From Parabacteroides sp. (GTDB lineage: Bacteria > Bacteroidota > Bacteroidia > Bacteroidales > Tannerellaceae): a stretch of DNA of 63,279 bases. The notes under the pieces were generated by a model, which had not been told where the DNA came from, searched no databases, and saw nothing but the letters and a program-made list of their open reading frames with translations. Positions 28,636 to 38,482 of this stretch are shown here, one piece after another. The first letter of the stretch is position 1; every line of letters starts with the position of its first letter. Position numbers and translations under genes: made by a program. The DNA lies in assembly GCA_020860905.1 (NCBI GenBank), contig JAJBTJ010000071.1, positions 1-63,279 on the forward strand, written 5' to 3'.

Positions 28636-30375
28636 ATGAGAAATATAAACTTTTTATTCGGTGTTCTGGTTACCGCCTGCTGCCTGAGCGGATGCTACGA
28701 TTTGGACCGATCTCCGTACGACCAGTTGAACGACGGCATTTTCTGGCAGAACGAATCGCAGGTAAAACAAGGGGTGATGGGTATTTATGCGGCCCTGAAA
28801 GACGACAACGCTTTCGGGTTGAAATTCGCCCACGACGACATGTCGGATATTTGCGTGGGATACGACCCGCAAGGGCTCGGCCCCGTAGTATTAGGTACCT
28901 ATACCGACCGGCATTCGTTGGTAGAAGACAAATGGAAATCGCTGTTCGACGGGGTAATGCGGGCTAACTTGGTATTGCAAAAAATTCCCAGCGTAACCGA
29001 TCTGAGCGAAGAACAAAAAGCTACGTTTACCGCCGAAGCCCGTTTCCTGAGAGCTTTGTTTTATTTCGAATTGTACAACTTTTACGGTGCAGTGCCTTTG
29101 TACGACGAAACGATAGAGCAGGACAAAGAATATAACGACCTGAAAAAGCCCCGCAGCCCGAAGGAAGAGGTACTTGCCTTTATCCTGGAAGATTTGGACT
29201 ATGCCGTAGCCGACCGGTTGCCCGTGGCGTGGACCGGAGCCGATTACGGACGTGCTACCCAGGGGGCGGCGTATGCATTACGCGGCAAAGTATACCTGTA
29301 TATGCAGCAGTACGATAAAGCAGCAACAGACTTCGAGGAAATCATACTCGACCCCTCGGGCAAAGCGTATAACTATGCTTTGTACGACAGCTATCCCGAC
29401 CTGTTTAAGCCGGGAGGAGACGAAAGCAGCGAAATGATTTTCGCCATCCAGAACTTAGGAGGCGTAGGGCAAGATTACGGTATGCCGATGGCTTTTTATA
29501 TGGGAAGCCGCAGTACATACCAAGGCGGTTGGAATCTCGTGTTGCCATCGTCGACATTCGTAGACAGTTACGAATATAAGGACGGACGACCGTTCGACTG
29601 GGAAGCGGAGATACCCGGATTCGGTAGCATCGAAGTAAAAGACGAAACATTTATTGCGGTTCTCGGAGACGAGGGAATAGGTGTTAAATCGTATCCGAAA
29701 AACAGAGACAAATTGCTGGCCATGTACTCCAAGCGCGACCCGCGTATGGAACAAACCGTCCTGCTTCCGTATACAAAGTATGCAGGCTGGGTAGACAATG
29801 CTCCGAGAGAATGCGAATTCGTTATCGCCCGCAACTCGAATCCCGATGAAAAGAACGGGTTTATCCGGCTCAGCCCGGCGCGTAAAGAATCTTACATTTT
29901 CCGTAAATTCGTGCCCGAGGGCAATATGGACGGACTCCTTACCAACCGGTCGCATACGCCTATCAATTTCCCGTTAATCCGATTGGCCGACGTATACCTG
30001 ATGTATGCCGAATGCAAAAACGAGCTGAACGACCAGACAACGGCCGTAGAATATATCAACAAAGTGCGCCAACGTAAATCGACGAACATGCCGGCTATTA
30101 ACAGCGGGCCTGTCTGGTTGCAGGCGAACACCAAAGAACAAGTGTTCGAACGCATCAAGCACGAACGGGCCGTGGAGCTGGTAGCCGAAGGGCATCGATG
30201 GAACGACATCCGCCGCTGGGGTATCGCCCTCGACCTATTGCCGGGTGATGTATATGCTATTACGGGTGTACGGTTAGTAACCCGGGTATTTACCGAAAAA
30301 GACATGCTCTGGCCGGTACCGGGCGTCGAAATCGAACGGAACCCGGCATTAAAGCCCAACAATCCGGGCTGGTAA
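28636..30375 (+). CDS. SusD/RagB nutrient-binding lipoprotein
   Basis: Lipobox LSGC, AEARFLRALFYF, RLADVYLMYAE, ERAVELVAEGHRWNDIRRW, ends NPGW. Confidence 0.95.
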   Translation: MRNINFLFGVLVTACCLSGCYDLDRSPYDQLNDGIFWQNESQVKQGVMGIYAALKDDNAFGLKFAHDDMSDICVGYDPQGLGPVVLGTYTDRHSLVEDKWKSLFDGVMRANLVLQKIPSVTDLSEEQKATFTAEARFLRALFYFELYNFYGAVPLYDETIEQDKEYNDLKKPRSPKEEVLAFILEDLDYAVADRLPVAWTGADYGRATQGAAYALRGKVYLYMQQYDKAATDFEEIILDPSGKAYNYALYDSYPDLFKPGGDESSEMIFAIQNLGGVGQDYGMPMAFYMGSRSTYQGGWNLVLPSSTFVDSYEYKDGRPFDWEAEIPGFGSIEVKDETFIAVLGDEGIGVKSYPKNRDKLLAMYSKRDPRMEQTVLLPYTKYAGWVDNAPRECEFVIARNSNPDEKNGFIRLSPARKESYIFRKFVPEGNMDGLLTNRSHTPINFPLIRLADVYLMYAECKNELNDQTTAVEYINKVRQRKSTNMPAINSGPVWLQANTKEQVFERIKHERAVELVAEGHRWNDIRRWGIALDLLPGDVYAITGVRLVTRVFTEKDMLWPVPGVEIERNPALKPNNPGW

Positions 30376-30429
30376 CCGGAACAGCGATTCTATATTCATT
30401 AGTATTCATACAATTTAAAACATTTGAAA

Positions 30430-31884
30430 ATGAAAACATTTCCTTTTCTTTCGTCATTATTTGCCGGAATGTTGCTGTTTTCGGCCTGCTCTTCCGAGTT
30501 GACAACCGACATAAACGGCAGCGCCGGCAGCAAAACCGACGTGCGGTTCGGAGGCGACTCCGACCCTATGTTGCTGGCCGCCCATAAGTGTAATGAAATT
30601 ACCAAATTGCAGGATGCCGTAGACTACGGTATCCAGGCATACGAAGTAGACATCCATGTAGACCGGACTACCGGTACTCCCCGGTTGATGATCGGGCACG
30701 AACTGGAAACCTCCACCGGACAAACGTTCGTGGAATATATGGACGACCTGATGGCCATGAACCCGGACTTCCGGTTTTTATGGCTCGACTTCAAAGACCT
30801 CAGTACCGACGAGAACGAAGCCATCATCAAGGAAACATTGACTAACCTGGATAATCTTTACAATATCAAGCCGCGGGTATTGGTGGAAAGCCGGTATATC
30901 ACACACTTGACCTGGTTTGCCGATAACGGGTGGCATGTAAGTTTCTATTCCACCTGGAGCAGCCTCGAAGGAAAAACGGCGGCCCAGCAAAAAGAAATCT
31001 GCGACGGCTGGTTCGAATCGATGCAGGCTGCGAACGTAGACGGTATCAGTTTCGACGCCCGCGTATACGAAGCAATGAAAACCAATTTCCAGGACAAAAC
31101 GGTAAACGGCCGGAAAGTAAAACAATATGCCTGGAATTATTACCTGCAATATACGGATGCCGACTTACAATCCCAATTACAGAAATACAGCCACCTGGCC
31201 GTTTTACTCATCGGGTTCCCGAACGACGAAATTCCGAAATTAGTGATGGACGTACAGTTCGCCGAAAACGGAGTAGCTACTAATAACGGCGCCTCTATCG
31301 CTACACTGGCTCCTGTCGAAGGAACGGTAACGGCTATTCCGACGCGCCTCAATAGTACCTATAACAAGTATGAGGCGGTATTCGACGGAACGAACTTTTT
31401 CTATATTCCCTACACGAAAACCGACGCTATCGGAAGCGCGATGGGCGGTAAATTCTCGATAGAGATTTTGTTTTCGCCGGATGGCGGTATAAACCCGTTC
31501 TCGTCGATGGAAAGCGGCGGCCTGGGCTACGAGCTGGCAGGAAGTAACCTGAAGTTCTATTACCATGCCGGAGGGAAATGGGCATTGCCGGGCACAAACT
31601 TTACTACGCCGGTACAATTGGGTAACAATACCTACTACCGTGCTGTAGTTACCTACGACAAAACCACAGCCAAGATGTATATCAACGGTACGAAGGTAAA
31701 AGAAACGAAAGTGTCGGGTACATTCAAGTATCCTAACCAGAATACGGCTCCGTCGTTGTTGTTCGGTATCGGCGGTGACTACCGCGACAGCGCGGCTCCC
31801 TCGGTACAGAACGGATTTATCGGAAAAATCGTATATGCCAAGCTGTACAAAGGCGTTCTGACTGCTGCCGATATCCAACAGTAA
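30430..31884 (+). CDS. Lipoprotein with PLC-like/GDPD-type phosphodiesterase domain and C-terminal LamG domain
   Basis: Lipobox FSAC; AHKCN..., YEVDIH, IGHE, LWLDFKDL; C-terminal YYRAVVTYD..TAKMYINGT...FGIGGD...F.GKI...KLY..VLT. Confidence 0.65.
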   Translation: MKTFPFLSSLFAGMLLFSACSSELTTDINGSAGSKTDVRFGGDSDPMLLAAHKCNEITKLQDAVDYGIQAYEVDIHVDRTTGTPRLMIGHELETSTGQTFVEYMDDLMAMNPDFRFLWLDFKDLSTDENEAIIKETLTNLDNLYNIKPRVLVESRYITHLTWFADNGWHVSFYSTWSSLEGKTAAQQKEICDGWFESMQAANVDGISFDARVYEAMKTNFQDKTVNGRKVKQYAWNYYLQYTDADLQSQLQKYSHLAVLLIGFPNDEIPKLVMDVQFAENGVATNNGASIATLAPVEGTVTAIPTRLNSTYNKYEAVFDGTNFFYIPYTKTDAIGSAMGGKFSIEILFSPDGGINPFSSMESGGLGYELAGSNLKFYYHAGGKWALPGTNFTTPVQLGNNTYYRAVVTYDKTTAKMYINGTKVKETKVSGTFKYPNQNTAPSLLFGIGGDYRDSAAPSVQNGFIGKIVYAKLYKGVLTAADIQQ

Positions 31885-32055
31885 GCCGGCTTACACCAAC
31901 TTATCTATAATTTAAACCCACGTAGCGGCCCCGGTAAAACGGCGGCCGTTACTCTTTATTTTCCCCGGACACAGGCAGCAACAAATAAACAGTCGGACAA
32001 TTCCGGGAGGAAAACGCAGCTTTCCTATTCGATAAAATTCAAAATAAATCTGTAA

Positions 32056-32952
32056 ATGAAATCCGTTAAGTTAGTATTTGTCATAGCCTGTTTCCTTTTT
32101 ACAGGAAAAAGCGTATGGGCTCAAACCAACGATGCCGTTATCCGGTTCGGACTGTTCGCCGATACCCAGTACGGCGATTGCGACAACGGCGCTACTCGTT
32201 TCTATCGGAACGCGTTGCAAAAATTAGAGAAATGTGTAGATTGTTTCAATGAAAAACAAGTAGACTTCGCCGTTAATTTAGGAGACATCGTAGACCGGAA
32301 CCCAGCCGACCTCGAACCGGTACTTGCCTGCCTCGGACGATTGAAGTGCCCCCTCTATCATACTACGGGCAACCATGACTACAAAGGGAGGGGCAATAAC
32401 CGGGAGTTATACGATAAATTGGGAATGCCGGCCGAATATTATTCGATAAAGAAAGGGAACTGGACGCTTGTTTTTCTAAATACGAATGAAGTAGCAGCCT
32501 ATTCGAACGTGGCGGGTACCGAAAAAGAACAGGAACTCATCGCCATGACCGATAAAATTAAAGCCACGGACGGCATACAAGGTGCCCGATGGAACGGCGG
32601 CGTAAGCAAGCGGCAATTGGCATGGCTCGACAAATTGCTGGCCGAAAACCAGCAGGCAGGCAAAAGCGTAGCGATATTCTCACATCATCCGTTCTATCCG
32701 CGAACAGAGTTTACGGCACTGAACAACCTGGAAATCCTGGAAACAATCGAACGGTATCCATGCGTAAAAATCATTCTTTCAGGCCATCACCACGCAGGCG
32801 CATTCGCTTATTATAAAACTATCCCGGTGGTAACCGTGGAAGGAATGATCGAAACGGAAAACGAAAATTCGTTCGGCATCGTAACCCTTTCTCCCGATAA
32901 AATAGAAATAGAAAGACACGGGCGCATGACATCGCGCATATTCGAAAAATAA
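32056..32952 (+). CDS. Exported calcineurin-like metallophosphoesterase (ADP-ribose/CDP-alcohol diphosphatase-like)
   Basis: Signal peptide, ADTQYGD, NLGDIVD, GNHD, FSHHP, SGHHHAG. Confidence 0.85.
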   Translation: MKSVKLVFVIACFLFTGKSVWAQTNDAVIRFGLFADTQYGDCDNGATRFYRNALQKLEKCVDCFNEKQVDFAVNLGDIVDRNPADLEPVLACLGRLKCPLYHTTGNHDYKGRGNNRELYDKLGMPAEYYSIKKGNWTLVFLNTNEVAAYSNVAGTEKEQELIAMTDKIKATDGIQGARWNGGVSKRQLAWLDKLLAENQQAGKSVAIFSHHPFYPRTEFTALNNLEILETIERYPCVKIILSGHHHAGAFAYYKTIPVVTVEGMIETENENSFGIVTLSPDKIEIERHGRMTSRIFEK

Positions 32953-32953
32953 A

Positions 32954-32992
32954 AGAACCCGGTGCCTTGTGTTACAAGATGCCGGGTTGCTT
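32954..32992. terminator. Hairpin between convergent genes
   Basis: AACCCGGTG...ATGCCGGGTT inverted repeat immediately after the stop codon. Confidence 0.5.
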
Positions 32993-33048
32993 ATCGTTTA
33001 TACGGTTGTCCGGATTACCGGCAACCGATAGTTTTTACCCTGTGTTTA

Positions 33049-33402
33049 TTAGTACCGGTTCCGACCGTATCCGCCGCCATTACCGCCGCGGTTATAGCCT
33101 CCGCCGTTACCGCCACGGTTGTAACCACCGCCTCTGTTATAACCGCCATTACTTCTTTCCGTTCTCGGACGGGCCACGTTAACCGTAATTTCCTTGCCTT
33201 CGAACTCAGTGCCGTTAAGAGCGTCAATAGCCTGCTGGCCCGCTGCATCGTCGGGCATTTCTACGAAGCCAAATCCGCGCGAGCGACCGGTTTCACGATC
33301 GGTGATAATGTTAACGGAAGAAACTTCTCCGTACTGTGCGAACAAATCCTGCAAACTACCGTTTTCAGTGCTGAAGTTCAAATTGGAAACATAAATGTTC
33401 AT
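33049..33402 (-). CDS. RRM RNA-binding protein with GGYNRGG tail (Rbp family)
   Basis: IYVSNL (RNP2), RGFGFVEM (RNP1), Gly/Tyr/Arg repeats. Confidence 0.93.
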   Translation of the reverse strand: MNIYVSNLNFSTENGSLQDLFAQYGEVSSVNIITDRETGRSRGFGFVEMPDDAAGQQAIDALNGTEFEGKEITVNVARPRTERSNGGYNRGGGYNRGGNGGGYNRGGNGGGYGRNRY

Positions 33403-33438
33403 CGTTGTTTGTTTTATGTAAATAAAATTGGTGTATTT

Positions 33439-33879
33439 CTACTTGATAATCTCGATTCTTACGGCATTCATTCCCCGGGCGCCACGCTCCGTTTCGAACG
33501 TAACCAAATCGCCTTCGGCAATTCCGGACGGAGCGGAAGAAATATGAAAGAAATATTTATCGGTAGATTCCAGATCTTTGATAAAACCATAACCTTTATC
33601 GGTATTAAAATGTTCTACCCGTCCCTTCATTACCTCGTCTTCTTCCTCTTCCTTTTTAGGAGTGGCAATGGCTATTTCCTCCAATTTAACCTCTACCTTC
33701 ACCCGTTCTTCGGGCGGAGTATCGGTAATATTCCCGTTTTCGTCTACGTAAGCAATCATATCGTCGAGCGAAGACTTACCTGCCGCCTGACGTTCCTGTT
33801 TGCGTTTTTGCTTTTCGAGGCGCTTGGCCTGTTTTTTCTTTTCGTTTTCTCTTTTTCCAAATGATTGTGTTCCTGCCAT
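33439..33879 (-). CDS. Cold-shock domain protein
   Basis: GRVEHFNTDKGYGFI...YFFHIS...GD.V.FE.ERG.RGMNAV, with the Bacteroidetes N-terminal extension. Confidence 0.9.
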   Translation of the reverse strand: MAGTQSFGKRENEKKKQAKRLEKQKRKQERQAAGKSSLDDMIAYVDENGNITDTPPEERVKVEVKLEEIAIATPKKEEEEDEVMKGRVEHFNTDKGYGFIKDLESTDKYFFHISSAPSGIAEGDLVTFETERGARGMNAVRIEIIK

Positions 33880-33899
33880 TCAAAATACTTTAAAATAAA

Positions 33900-35072
33900 T
33901 TACGCTTGATGTAATACCTTATTCAACCGTTTGCCGGTTAATTTCTGGATGTTTTTCACCTTGTCTTGTTCTTCGGGAGAGCAAAACGTAAGGGCTACGC
34001 CCGAGTGTCCGGCACGTCCGGTACGTCCTATCCGGTGTACATACGTTTCGGGTACGTCGGGCAAATCGAAATTGATTACCATTTCCAGTTCCCGGATATC
34101 GATTCCGCGCGCGGCGATGTCGGTAGCTACCATCACCTTCACTTTGCCCGACTTGAAATCCGACAAAGCGCGTTGGCGTTGCCCCTGCGATTTGTCACCA
34201 TGGATAGCTGCACACGAGATTCCCGATTTTTTCAAAACGCGCGAAATGTTATCGGCGCCATGCTTGGTACGTGAAAAGATAAGGACCGATTTTTCTTCCT
34301 TCTGTTTCAACAGGGTAACCAGCAGCTTTTTCTTTTCGGGCTTCTCTACAAAATAAACCGACTGGTCGATGGTATCCACCGCCGACGAAACGGGAGTTAC
34401 TTCTACTTTCGCCGGATTGGAAAGGATACGCGACGACAAAGACACGATGTCGTTGGGCATGGTTGCAGAAAAGAAAAGAGTTTGCCTTTTCTTAGGCAAC
34501 AACGGCAACAAACGCTTGATGTCGGCAATAAAACCCATATCGAGCATCCGGTCGGCCTCATCCAACACGAAATGCGTCAATGCATCGAGCCGGATTATTT
34601 TCTGGGCAATCAAGTCGAGCAAACGCCCGGGGGTAGCTATCAGAATATCTATGCCCGCCTCGATTTGCTCCACCTGCGGCCCTTGTTTTACCCCGCCGAA
34701 AATAGTGGTATGTGCCAGGCCGGTGTATTTTCCGTAGTCGGCAAAGCATTCGCCGATTTGGATAGCCAACTCCCGGGTGGGAGTCAATATTAAAGCCCGA
34801 ATCGGTTTTTTCGTCCGGGGACGCCGCAAACCAGGTATCTGCAATCCGGCAATCGTACGGTTTCCGGTTGCTTGTTCTGCGGCAAGGTGCTGTAAAATAG
34901 GGATGGCGAATGCAGCGGTTTTACCGGTTCCGGTTTGGGCAATTCCCAACATATCCCGCCCCGCGAGCGCAACAGGTATTCCTTTTTCCTGTATCGGAGT
35001 AGGTTGGTTATATCCTTTTTCACTAATGGCCTTCAAAATAGGCGATACAATTTCTAATTCTTTAAATGTCAT
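33900..35072 (-). CDS. DEAD-box RNA helicase (RhlE-like)
   Basis: PTPIQ, AQTGTGKT, PTRELA, DEADRMLDMGF, SAT, HRIGRTGR; start at MTFKEL. Confidence 0.93.
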   Translation of the reverse strand: MTFKELEIVSPILKAISEKGYNQPTPIQEKGIPVALAGRDMLGIAQTGTGKTAAFAIPILQHLAAEQATGNRTIAGLQIPGLRRPRTKKPIRALILTPTRELAIQIGECFADYGKYTGLAHTTIFGGVKQGPQVEQIEAGIDILIATPGRLLDLIAQKIIRLDALTHFVLDEADRMLDMGFIADIKRLLPLLPKKRQTLFFSATMPNDIVSLSSRILSNPAKVEVTPVSSAVDTIDQSVYFVEKPEKKKLLVTLLKQKEEKSVLIFSRTKHGADNISRVLKKSGISCAAIHGDKSQGQRQRALSDFKSGKVKVMVATDIAARGIDIRELEMVINFDLPDVPETYVHRIGRTGRAGHSGVALTFCSPEEQDKVKNIQKLTGKRLNKVLHQA

Positions 35073-35519
35073 ACTGTTAAACCTGCTGTTAAGCAGGCGG
35101 TTTAATAAATAATGATGCGCCGTTGCGATTGCTGCTTTATTCACAGAATCACCCGGGGCAGTGTGTTACCTAAACAAAGAAAGCTATCAAGTTCGATTTC
35201 AACGATGGAAAATCCGGCCGGTGAACCTGTCCGGAAAAATGCACAGGAGAGAAAGAGCAGAATGAACTCGCATTGTTTACCGTGCAAAGATAAGAAAGTT
35301 TTTGTGGTTCGGACCATTTATCGGGAATAACTTTCCTTCCGGCCGCTTTTTCTTCTCCTTACGGAAACAAACCCATAGCCCCGACGATGCTTATCCGGAA
35401 AATACAGCCAATCGCAACAGCTCCGGAACAGAGCCAGGCAAATAAAAGACAAAAACCGGTTGCAGCGTTTCCATACATTCGCGCCGGACTGCTTTCCGGC
35501 CGAAACGGCAACCGGCCGC

Positions 35520-36773
35520 TTATCCGCAAGCCGGACCTTCCGCCGAGAAAGCGGCATCGTATACCAACCGGCACATTTTTTCCGGTGCAAACACTTCATT
35601 GGCTACCTCCAACACCTGTACCGCCGTGATTTGATCGATTTTCCGGCATACTTCGGGCAATAAGTCGTACCGGTTGTAATGCAGGAAGCTCTTCCCCAGC
35701 CCCAGAAACAGGCTTTCTTTATTATCGCCCGCTACTCCCAGTTGACCGGTAAGTTGCTTTTTAGCAGCAGCCAGTTGCGAATCGGAGAGCTTCGTTTCCC
35801 GTACCCGCGCCAATTCTTTCTCTACCAACCGGATACTCTTTTCGCGGTTTTTCGGGTCGGTACCAAAATAAACCGTGTGGATTCCGGTATCGGTATACGA
35901 GGTAAAAGAAGACTCCACGGTATAAACCAATCCGTGTTTTTCGCGTAAAGCCACATTGAGCCGGCTGTTCATCCCCGGCCCTCCCAACAGGTTATTCAAT
36001 AAAAACAAAGGCAACCGTTTTTCGTCGTGCATGCCGTAAGCCGGCGCCCCCATCAGCACATGAGCCTGATGCGTATCTTTACACACTTCCACCTGCCGGG
36101 AAGGTAAAAACGACGGGGCGATGCGTACCCGGTTGACAGGGGCGAAACTCATCCCTCCGGTTGCTTTTTCCGCTAATTTCACAACACGCCCGAAAGCGGT
36201 TTTTCCCATGGAGAAAAAAAGCATATTCTCCGGCACGTAAAAACGATGCAGGAACGACCGGCCGGTAGCCGAGTCGAACCGGAGCAGGCTCCGTTCCGAA
36301 CCGAGGATACTGTGGCCGAGGGGATGCCCCTCGAACAAGAGATTCTCGAATTCATCATAAATCAACTCGGCAGGCGAATCCTCGTACGAGCGGATTTCGT
36401 CGAGAATCACTTCTACTTCTTTCTCTATCTCGTGCGAAGGGAACTGCGAACCGAAAACCAAATCGGACAACAGCTCTACGGCGCGTGCGAAATGCTCTTC
36501 CATAAAAACGGAGTACACGAAGGTTTCTTCTTTCGAGGTATAGGCATTCAGCTCACCTCCTACGTTTTCCATCCGGTTCAGGATATGCCAGGCTCTGCGC
36601 CGGGCGGTACCTTTGAACAGCATGTGCTCTACGAAATGAGCCAACCCGTGTTCGTCGGCGGCTTCGTCGCGGGTGCCCGCATTTACCGCGAAGCCACAAT
36701 AAGAAACAGGCGAATCGGAAGGCAAATGTACGATGCGGAGCCCGTTCGGCAAGACAGATGAAAGATAGTGCAT
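35520..36773 (-). CDS. M16 family zinc peptidase
   Basis: GLAHFVEHMLFKGT (HxxEH), NAYTSKEET, LGGPGMNSRL..LRE. Confidence 0.92.
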   Translation of the reverse strand: MHYLSSVLPNGLRIVHLPSDSPVSYCGFAVNAGTRDEAADEHGLAHFVEHMLFKGTARRRAWHILNRMENVGGELNAYTSKEETFVYSVFMEEHFARAVELLSDLVFGSQFPSHEIEKEVEVILDEIRSYEDSPAELIYDEFENLLFEGHPLGHSILGSERSLLRFDSATGRSFLHRFYVPENMLFFSMGKTAFGRVVKLAEKATGGMSFAPVNRVRIAPSFLPSRQVEVCKDTHQAHVLMGAPAYGMHDEKRLPLFLLNNLLGGPGMNSRLNVALREKHGLVYTVESSFTSYTDTGIHTVYFGTDPKNREKSIRLVEKELARVRETKLSDSQLAAAKKQLTGQLGVAGDNKESLFLGLGKSFLHYNRYDLLPEVCRKIDQITAVQVLEVANEVFAPEKMCRLVYDAAFSAEGPACG

Positions 36774-36856
36774 ATTTTTTCCTACTTTATATGAACGGCA
36801 AAATTAAAATAAATACTTTTGCAAATCATTCTAACTACCCAAATAAAACAGCGTAC

Positions 36857-37468
36857 ATGATGAACGAAGAAATCTCGGCTATCTTACAGAAAGAAGCAGA
36901 AGCCGTATTGAATATTCCGGTTTCGACCGGTTACCACGACGCAGTGACCCTGATTATCGACCACGTACATCACCGGAACGGCAAGCTCATTACCAGCGGT
37001 ATGGGAAAAGCGGGCCAGATAGCCGCCAATATAGCCACTACATTCAGCTCCACCGGTACGCCGGCTTTTTTTCTTCATCCCAGCGAAGCGCAACACGGCG
37101 ACTTGGGAATCGTGTGTGAAAACGACGTGATGCTGCTTATTTCCAACTCCGGAAAAACGCGCGAATTAGTGGAATTGGTCGAATTGGCCCGCGGATTGCA
37201 TCCGGCTCTCCGTTTCATCGTAATCACGAGCAATCCCGACAGCCCGCTGGCGAAAGAAGCGGATATTTGCCTCGCCACAGGCGCCCCGGCGGAAGTATGC
37301 CCGCTCGGCCTCACTCCTACCACCTCGACTACCGTGATGACGGTAATCGGCGATTTACTGGTAGTAAGCACCATGAAGCGGATTCGTTTTACCTATGCCG
37401 ATTACGCCAAGCGCCACCATGGCGGCTACCTGGGAACCGTTTCGCGCGAACAAAGTAAAAAACAATAA
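36857..37468 (+). CDS. kdsD: Arabinose-5-phosphate isomerase (SIS-only KdsD/GutQ)
   Basis: SGMGKAG, GTPAFFLHPSEAQHGDLG, ISNSGKTRE, PTTSTT, HHGG.LG. Confidence 0.85.
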   Translation: MMNEEISAILQKEAEAVLNIPVSTGYHDAVTLIIDHVHHRNGKLITSGMGKAGQIAANIATTFSSTGTPAFFLHPSEAQHGDLGIVCENDVMLLISNSGKTRELVELVELARGLHPALRFIVITSNPDSPLAKEADICLATGAPAEVCPLGLTPTTSTTVMTVIGDLLVVSTMKRIRFTYADYAKRHHGGYLGTVSREQSKKQ

Positions 37469-37488
37469 TCCATCCAACCGTTTTTACC

Positions 37489-38421
37489 ATGCGTACTGTT
37501 ATAGGCATCGGCGAAACCATCCTCGACATTATTTTCAAAGGTTCGCAACCGCAAGCCGCCATACCGGGCGGCTCGGTATTCAACGGACTCATTTCGCTGA
37601 CCCGTACGGGCATACCTGTTTCGTTTATCAGCGAAGCGGGCAACGACCGCGTAGGCGACATTATCCTGCAATTCATGCGCGACAATCGTCTTTCTACCGA
37701 ATATGTAGACCGTTTCCCGGACGGAAAGTCGCCCGTTTCGCTGGCTTTTCTCGACGAGCATCAAAATGCGGACTATACTTTCTACAAGGATTACCCGGCG
37801 CAACGGCTCGAAGTGCCCCTCCCTCCTATCCACGAAGACGACATTTTTATTTTCGGCTCGTATTATTCGCTCAATCCGGCTCTGCGCGAACGCATGGTGG
37901 AATTCCTGGAGTACGCCAAAGAACGGAAAGCGATTATTTATTACGACCCGAATTTCCGGTCGGCCCATGCCAGCGAAGCCATCCGCCTGATGCCCACCCT
38001 ACTGGAAAATTTCGAATATGCCGACATTATCCGCGGTTCCGACGAAGATTTCCGGAATATTTTCGGACACGGCGATACGGACGAAATCTATAAACGCCAC
38101 CTCGGTTTTTATACCCGTAACTTTATCACCACCCACGGAGCGGACGGCGTAAACCTGTATTGCGGAAAAGAGAAGTGCCATTTCGATGTACCGGCCCTCA
38201 CCCCGGCCAGCACCATCGGCGCCGGCGACAATTTCAACGCCGGAATCATCTACGGATTGCTGAAATATAACATTCGTTACCAAGACCTTCCGTCGATGAC
38301 GCCCGGGCGCTGGGCCGATATTATCGGCTGCGGAATAGCTTTCTCGTCGGAGGTATGCAAAAGCTACGCCAACTCTATTTCACCGGAATTTGCCGAAAAT
38401 TACAGGAGCAATCTTAAATAA
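37489..38421 (+). CDS. PfkB family carbohydrate kinase (fructokinase-like)
   Basis: GIGETILD, PGGSVFN, YDPNFR, STIGAGDNFNAG. Confidence 0.9.
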   Translation: MRTVIGIGETILDIIFKGSQPQAAIPGGSVFNGLISLTRTGIPVSFISEAGNDRVGDIILQFMRDNRLSTEYVDRFPDGKSPVSLAFLDEHQNADYTFYKDYPAQRLEVPLPPIHEDDIFIFGSYYSLNPALRERMVEFLEYAKERKAIIYYDPNFRSAHASEAIRLMPTLLENFEYADIIRGSDEDFRNIFGHGDTDEIYKRHLGFYTRNFITTHGADGVNLYCGKEKCHFDVPALTPASTIGAGDNFNAGIIYGLLKYNIRYQDLPSMTPGRWADIIGCGIAFSSEVCKSYANSISPEFAENYRSNLK

Positions 38422-38482
38422 CATTAATGGCTGCGCACGCAAACTTCGGTTTGTCTATCTTTGTAAGAAAGCAAGTCAAAAA

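Noticed and set aside
33055-33150. Short tandem DNA repeats
   Set aside because: They are explained by the GGYNRGG low-complexity tail of the RRM protein.
32962-33864. 300-aa + strand ORF and other long antisense ORFs (e.g. 601-1644, 39983-41410, 44088-45176, 46724-47629)
   Set aside because: They are shadows of well-supported genes on the opposite strand and contain no recognisable motifs.
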